From a virus (taxonomy: Duplodnaviria; Caudoviricetes): 64,000 nucleotides of DNA. The stretch spans positions 159,438-223,437 of IMG/VR virus record IMGVR_UViG_3300032328_000860; one strand, 5' to 3'. This document shows, piece by piece, positions 59,008 to 64,000 of this stretch; position 1 is the first letter of the stretch, and each line of letters begins with the position of its first letter. Both the position numbers and the translations under genes were made by a program. The notes under the pieces were generated by a model that saw nothing but the letters and a program-made list of their open reading frames with translations, was not told the origin of the DNA and made no database searches.

Positions 59008-59328
59008 ATGCCAGAAACAATTATTCATTTCTGGGAAAATCTTGCCACAACCAGTATAGGTATTATTATTACATTAGTAGGTTTTTGGGTAACTTTTGGT
59101 CGCAATATGGCCACTAAAGCAGAAGTATTGGTCATGATTGAAACCCAATCTCCTTATGTACATGATCGACAATTTATCATGGAAAGATTAAATAGTGGTA
59201 AAGAAAGCCAAGCTGCTTTTGCGATGGCATTGCAGCGCAACACAGAAGTTATGAATGAGCTTAAAATACAAATCGCTACGCTAGGGAAAACCTTAGAGGC
59301 TCTAGAAGATAGAATAGAACGAAATTAA
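59008..59328 (+). CDS. TM + coiled-coil protein (holin-like)
   Basis: one TM, heptad C-terminus. Confidence 0.5.
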   Translation: MPETIIHFWENLATTSIGIIITLVGFWVTFGRNMATKAEVLVMIETQSPYVHDRQFIMERLNSGKESQAAFAMALQRNTEVMNELKIQIATLGKTLEALEDRIERN

Positions 59329-59366
59329 ATTAAACATAAATAATTATAAAAAAGAAAGGCTCAACA

Positions 59367-59570
59367 ATGTCTAGACCATATACAGATATTACAACAGCTA
59401 TTAGTTCCAAGCCTATTAAAAACGGTTCTTTAATAACAGGTACTACGGTATCTGGTTTTTATAAAACATTAAATACATACGTAATAAATACGCCAGAAAT
59501 AAATGATATTCAACAAAAGTTTGGTAACAGATTTTATAATGGTATTTTTGTTCACGTAATATCAGAGTAA
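59367..59570 (+). CDS. hypothetical protein
   Basis: ORF. Confidence 0.55.
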   Translation: MSRPYTDITTAISSKPIKNGSLITGTTVSGFYKTLNTYVINTPEINDIQQKFGNRFYNGIFVHVISE

Positions 59571-59598
59571 TGTATTCTTCTATAAAGAAAGTTATATA

Positions 59599-61530
59599 AT
59601 GACTCAAAGAAATATTCGTATCAGAATACGCAGAGACACCGCAGAAAACTGGGTAATTAATAATCCTGTGCTTAAAATTGGTGAGCCAGGCTTAGAGACA
59701 AATACTAAAAGGTTAAAGTTTGGCGATGGTATAACAGCATGGAATAGTTTACAGTATTCTGGTATAAATATTAATGATGCTTTATTGCTAGAAAACATAG
59801 ATGATAGAGTAGCCACGCTTATTAAAGCCGGTTCTAATATCTCTGTTGTATACAATGATAATACTAATGAATTAATTATTGGTGCTACAGGCTTACAATT
59901 ATCTGGTAATTATGCTAGTTTAATAAATGGTAAAGTACCAGTCTCTCAACTTCCTAGTTATATTGATGATGTTGTTGAATATGCGAATTTAGCAGTATTA
60001 CCGTCAGGCGGCGAAAGTGATAAGATTTATATTACGCTAAATGACAAAAAAACATATCGTTGGAGCGGCAGTACATATATCGAAATTAGTGCTAGTCCCG
60101 GTAGCAGTGATGCAGTTCCCGAAGGTAGCGGTAATCTATACTATACAAATTCACGAGCTAGTGCCGCCGCTCCTGTGCAGAGCGTAGTCGGACGAACTGG
60201 TATTATAACACTAACGGCGTCAGACATTTCTGACTTTAGCTCTGGCGTTAGTGAAACAGTTGATACTTTACTAGTTGCTGGTAATAATATTGATTTAAGC
60301 TATAATGATTCAGAAAATTCGTTGACCGTAAATTTTTCTATACCAGTATCGAATATCGATTTACATAACGGAGGCCCACAGTCTGCACAAGTTCTACAAT
60401 TTAGTGATGCAACTAAACAGTCTGTGATTACCGGACCAACACCAGTATCTGGTGTTAGCTCCCAAAGAATAATAGTTCAGGGACAACGTGCTCAGGGTGG
60501 AGGTGAAGGCGGAGACGTTTATATTTGGGGCGGAGATGCCGATACTAATGGTGGAGATATTAAAATTTATGCTGGCGATGCTGATAATGTTTCTCCAAAT
60601 AACGGTTATGGTGGTTATGTTAATATTGATGGTGGTAATGGATATACTCAAGGCGGAAACGTTAGCATCAGCGCTGGTAATTCATTAACTCAGGGGGGTA
60701 ATGTTAATATTAGTGCTGGTTATCCAAGTGGTAGTATAAGTATTAATACAAACGCTAGCAGTTGGACGTTTGGTATAGATGGTAGTACAATACTTCCTGA
60801 GAATACTTTAAAGGGCTATTGTTTTACCGCTACTAATACGGTCGTTAATTATATTCCACAAGCGGCATCATTTTTATATACTGATAATCCAATACTACGC
60901 CTAATATTAAGCATAGGTGGATCATGGTATATCAAAGGTCCGGGATTGGTTGGATGGAAACAGATAAGTGCAGCACAGGACAATGGTGGAGTTTCTTTAA
61001 TTTTAAGAATTGGTAGCGGGAGTACTCCATTGCCAGATGGTTCAGAATTTCCTTCGGGCGGAGGCAATGTTTACACCATAAGTCAATATGTTGAATTTGA
61101 TCTCAAAGTTGCTGATAAGACTTGGATATTTAAAAAAGACGGCAAGCTAACATTACCAATAGACGGTGACATCCTAGACAGTAACGGAACTTCCGTACTT
61201 GGTGGCTCAACAACGGTCGTTAGTTCATCATACTCTTCGACAATAAATACTGATGCTGGCGCTGGGGACATATTTGATATAACGCTCACTGGCAACGCCA
61301 CATTGTCCAATCCAACCAATCCCGTCAACGGCAAAACACTACGTTGGAGAATAACCCAAGATGCTACGGGAAGTCACACAGTAGCTCTCGGCAACAAATT
61401 CAACATTCCTAGCAGCGCCACTTCGCCTCTTCCTTTCAGCACCACTGCGAACAAAATGGATGTTTTGGCCGCAACGTACCATTCCGGAAGAGACAAGTGG
61501 GATATTATTGCATTTGTCCCCGGCTATTAA
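59599..61530 (+). CDS. tail fibre protein (Mtd-N/hyaluronidase-like N-terminus)
   Basis: RIRRDTA.NW...NP.L..GE.G.E..T...K.GDG.T.W..L.Y; GKVP.SQLPSY.DDV; PVQSV.GRTG; GGNV.I.AG repeats. Confidence 0.85.
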   Translation: MTQRNIRIRIRRDTAENWVINNPVLKIGEPGLETNTKRLKFGDGITAWNSLQYSGININDALLLENIDDRVATLIKAGSNISVVYNDNTNELIIGATGLQLSGNYASLINGKVPVSQLPSYIDDVVEYANLAVLPSGGESDKIYITLNDKKTYRWSGSTYIEISASPGSSDAVPEGSGNLYYTNSRASAAAPVQSVVGRTGIITLTASDISDFSSGVSETVDTLLVAGNNIDLSYNDSENSLTVNFSIPVSNIDLHNGGPQSAQVLQFSDATKQSVITGPTPVSGVSSQRIIVQGQRAQGGGEGGDVYIWGGDADTNGGDIKIYAGDADNVSPNNGYGGYVNIDGGNGYTQGGNVSISAGNSLTQGGNVNISAGYPSGSISINTNASSWTFGIDGSTILPENTLKGYCFTATNTVVNYIPQAASFLYTDNPILRLILSIGGSWYIKGPGLVGWKQISAAQDNGGVSLILRIGSGSTPLPDGSEFPSGGGNVYTISQYVEFDLKVADKTWIFKKDGKLTLPIDGDILDSNGTSVLGGSTTVVSSSYSSTINTDAGAGDIFDITLTGNATLSNPTNPVNGKTLRWRITQDATGSHTVALGNKFNIPSSATSPLPFSTTANKMDVLAATYHSGRDKWDIIAFVPGY

Positions 61531-61543
61531 ACAAGGAGATACC

Positions 61544-61825
61544 ATGATTCAATTTGACCCGCCGCTGACAGTGACAGTGAACAACAAAACCATCAGCGTG
61601 TCCGAACTGCCGTTGGTAATCATTGATGTTAGTAAAACCAGAGTGTGCAAGGCTCAGGCCGCTCCGTTCTACAAGACTGTGAATTTGTGGACGGGCGGCG
61701 ACTACGACGCGATTGGCGACTACACGCAGGAGCAGGCAGAGGCCCGGTATCTGGAAGTGCTGGGCGATGATCCGGCCGCCGAACTGGCCAAACTGTATTT
61801 TGAGCCGCCAACAAGGAGCAACTAA
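61544..61825 (+). CDS. small tail-fibre-associated protein
   Basis: AAGGAG SD; LWTG..Y.AIGDYTQ.Q.EAR.LE.LG.D; paralog of 63218..63490. Confidence 0.75.
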   Translation: MIQFDPPLTVTVNNKTISVSELPLVIIDVSKTRVCKAQAAPFYKTVNLWTGGDYDAIGDYTQEQAEARYLEVLGDDPAAELAKLYFEPPTRSN

Positions 61826-61828
61826 CAC

Positions 61829-62926
61829 ATGGCAAACCTGTCCTCCCACACCGCGATCTACGTTCGCACCACCGGCAATGACACGACCGGCGACGGCTCA
61901 TCTGGTTCGCCCTATGCGACCGCGCAAAAAGCGTTTGATATCGCCGCCGCTACGCCCGGAAACTGTGTGCTGGACTTCGGTGTTGGTTCGTTCGGTGGCG
62001 TGACGCTGACCCAGGACTGGCCGCTGAGAATCGCTGTGCGTGGTGTCGGGCCTACACAGAGTTTTGTGGGCGGCATCAACGGGAGCGGGGAGAATATAGT
62101 CTTTGACTTCGAGAACTACGTGACGCTCGCTCCGCCCACCAATGGACGCAACGTGTCTCTGGCGAGCGACTTGTCAATCAACGTAGGGAATATTAGCGTC
62201 GTGGGCGGAAACAACGATGTTGACAATTTGGAACCCTCTGGCAATGGCGGTTTGGTCACTATCACCGATTGCGTGGGACTTCTTGTCAATTCGTCGAGCG
62301 GTACGGGCGGAGGCGGCTTAGGTGTACCGGGCCTCAATATGGTTGCAGGAGATGTCACGCTTGCGGGCAGCAACTTTGGTGACATTACGGCCACTGGTGG
62401 AAACGGCACCGATCACATGAGCGGGTTTGGCGGGGATGTTGAAACAACCAACAGCACGACCGGAAACATCAATTGCAGCGGCGGCGAAACTTATTACAGC
62501 CAAGGCTTTGGCGGCTCCGCTGGCGAGGTTACCGTCAGCAACAGCACGACCGGAAACATCACTTGCAGCGGCGGCTACGGAGCCGAAACGGGCGGTTACG
62601 CGGGCGACGTTGCCATTACCAACAGTACGTGTGGTAGCATCAACACGATAGGTGGGTGTACTGATTACGATGCGTTTAAAGCGGGCGGAAACATTACGCT
62701 TACGAACAGCACGACCGGCGATCTTAATAGTTCTGCCGCAGAGTGCGGTGCTCGGGGCAATATTATTTTTGCCTACGTGAGCGCTGGTGGCGTGTTTTTG
62801 GGTGGCACACTCACGCTGGTTGGCGGCACAATTCTCCCGAATAATATCAAAGTAGGGCGAATCATCACCACCAATTGGTCACGCGGCCGTGGCGTCAACG
62901 GTTCGTCAATCCTTGGAGTAATATAA
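61829..62926 (+). CDS. Gly-rich beta-helix-like putative receptor-binding/fibre protein
   Basis: IYV.TTGND.TGDGS...PYAT.QKA; NSTTGNI.CSGG repeats; GC-rich. Confidence 0.7.
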   Translation: MANLSSHTAIYVRTTGNDTTGDGSSGSPYATAQKAFDIAAATPGNCVLDFGVGSFGGVTLTQDWPLRIAVRGVGPTQSFVGGINGSGENIVFDFENYVTLAPPTNGRNVSLASDLSINVGNISVVGGNNDVDNLEPSGNGGLVTITDCVGLLVNSSSGTGGGGLGVPGLNMVAGDVTLAGSNFGDITATGGNGTDHMSGFGGDVETTNSTTGNINCSGGETYYSQGFGGSAGEVTVSNSTTGNITCSGGYGAETGGYAGDVAITNSTCGSINTIGGCTDYDAFKAGGNITLTNSTTGDLNSSAAECGARGNIIFAYVSAGGVFLGGTLTLVGGTILPNNIKVGRIITTNWSRGRGVNGSSILGVI

Positions 62927-62973
62927 TTGGTGTATATTAATCTTAGTAATAATTTTTATATAGGATATATACT

Positions 62974-63186
62974 ATGATAAAACCGGGCTATCGCACTTCG
63001 GAGTTTTGGTTAACCGTTGTTAGTTTCATTTTTAGCGGTCTATATTTAATTGGCTTATTAGATGACCACTCTCAAAAAGAAAATCTTATAGCAGAAACAA
63101 GTGCGAACAAAATGGATATTTTGGCAGCAACGTATCATGCTGCAAGAGACAAGTGGGACATTATCTCGTTCGTTCCCGGTTATTAA
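62974..63186 (+). pseudogene. chimeric ORF: holin-like N-terminus fused to tail-fibre C-terminal 27 aa
   Basis: KPGYRTSEFW + TM, junction at ~63102. Confidence 0.65.
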
Positions 63187-63217
63187 CATTTCGATAGTTT
63201 TAAAAAAGGAGAATTTT

Positions 63218-63490
63218 ATGAATCTAGACAATCCAGTTACTATACAGCCTCCGATTACTCTCTCGTCATTAGACTTTACCATTATGGACAACGCTACTAG
63301 AAAGAGTGTTGTTGCTCAAATTCGTCACTGCCCCTATCCACTAGCGCTATGGACAGGCGATGCTTATACGGCGGTTGGCGATTATACTCAGGCTCAAGTT
63401 GAAGCTAGGATTCTTGAGTTGCTTGGCTCTGATATTAAAGTTGGTCTTGAGAAACTTTTTATTTTACCAGCTCTCCTAACTAGAAATTAA
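63218..63490 (+). CDS. small tail-fibre-associated protein (second copy)
   Basis: AAGGAG SD; paralog of 61544..61825. Confidence 0.75.
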   Translation: MNLDNPVTIQPPITLSSLDFTIMDNATRKSVVAQIRHCPYPLALWTGDAYTAVGDYTQAQVEARILELLGSDIKVGLEKLFILPALLTRN

Positions 63491-63504
63491 TTAGGAGAAA
63501 ATAA

Positions 63505-63654
63505 ATGGCGATTTTTTATGGAGTAGGAATGTTTGACGAACAGAGGCAGACGCTCGGCAACTGGTTTATGGGTGCCGAGCTAACCATTCCTGCGACTAGC
63601 AGCGACAGCGTTGTTATTCTGTTTAGTCAATTGTACGACCTTGGAATAGTATAA
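63505..63654 (+). pseudogene. 49-aa ORF, probable internally deleted counterpart of 61829..62926
   Basis: AGGAG SD; same cassette position; ends LGIV vs LGVI (CCTTGGAATAGTATAA vs CCTTGGAGTAATATAA). Confidence 0.45.
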
Positions 63655-63658
63655 TATT

Positions 63659-64000
63659 ATGCCAATCTATATTAAAGGAAATAAAGTATATCAAAATAAA
63701 GTTAGGTATGAACCTACAGATCCTGCTTTAATAACAGCGACTCCAACTCCGACTAGAACCGCAACACCTAGTATTACTAGTTCAATAAGTGCTACCCCGT
63801 CTCTAACACCCCATCCGACATCTACGCCAACATCGTCTCTAACACCCCATCCGACATCTACGCCAACATCATCGCTAACACCCAATCCGACATCTACGCC
63901 AACATCGTCGCTAACACCCAATCCGACATCTACGCCAACATCATCGCTAACACCCAATCCGACATCTACGCCAACATCGTCGCTAACACCCAATCCGACA
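63659..64000 (+). CDS. fourth Thr/Pro/Ser mucin-like protein (runs off window)
   Basis: [34 protein letters not shown]...; open to window end. Confidence 0.75.
   Translation, partial: MPIYIKGNKVYQNKVRYEPTDPALITATPTPTRTATPSITSSISATPSLTPHPTSTPTSSLTPHPTSTPTSSLTPNPTSTPTSSLTPNPTSTPTSSLTPNPTSTPTSSLTPNPT
63799..64000 (+). repeat. 36-bp tandem repeat encoding SLTP(H/N)PTSTPTS
   Basis: 5 full copies plus partial, no spacers. Confidence 0.92.

Larger units (their letters stand above)
61446..63186 (+). repeat. 85-bp diverged direct repeat (61446-61530 and 63102-63186) encoding tail-fibre C-terminus
   Basis: 13 mismatches in 85 nt by hand count, mostly synonymous. Confidence 0.9.

Noticed and set aside
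61446-63186. Diversity-generating retroelement TR/VR pair
   Set aside because: Mismatches are mostly synonymous and not adenine-specific; no reverse transcriptase in the window
63799-64000. 36-bp repeats as a CRISPR array
   Set aside because: Head-to-tail with no spacers, in frame within a T/P-rich ORF, no cas genes in the window
1-64000. Eukaryotic giant virus or bacterial chromosome origin
   Set aside because: SD sites, sigma70 promoters, tmRNA, rIIA/rIIB and a tail fibre indicate a bacteriophage
1-64000. Stop-codon reassignment
   Set aside because: Conserved genes are full length in code 11, and TAA, TAG and TGA all serve as stops

Overview
AT-rich, gene-dense 64-kb segment of a large (jumbo-like) tailed dsDNA bacteriophage, standard genetic code. 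A Tat-signal DUF1501 gene suggests a Planctomycetota-like host (inference). Left arm (1-28.9 kb), mostly under sigma70-type promoters: thyX, uvsE, a deaminase, tmRNA, tRNA-Leu(UAA), a SET protein, an HhH-GPD glycosylase, a kinase-like protein, rIIA/rIIB, a RepB-type primase, RuvB with a Zn-finger/RuvA-domain-III partner, several free-standing endonucleases, and a DNA ligase fractured by a split intein with a Vsr-like endonuclease between the halves. After a terminator at ~28.9 kb, a putative late block (recurrent GGTGTA motif) encodes a membrane protein, an actin/MreB-like ATPase, three Thr/Pro/Ser-rich mucin-like proteins with a shared N-terminal Cys-Cys leader and different head domains (Cys-rich, PA14/lectin/FN3, GP63-like metalloprotease), and two serine proteases. 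Next comes a ~15-kb glycosyltransferase/methyltransferase cluster that includes a GT60-like polypeptide GlcNAc-transferase. Together these form the best candidate for an undescribed system: phage-encoded mucin-type O-glycosylation. The right end has guaC, a ferritin-like protein, a sigma factor, ClpP, a catalytically degenerate DeoC, and a mosaic tail-fibre cassette that is partly duplicated. All family assignments come from motif recognition by eye; no searches were run.
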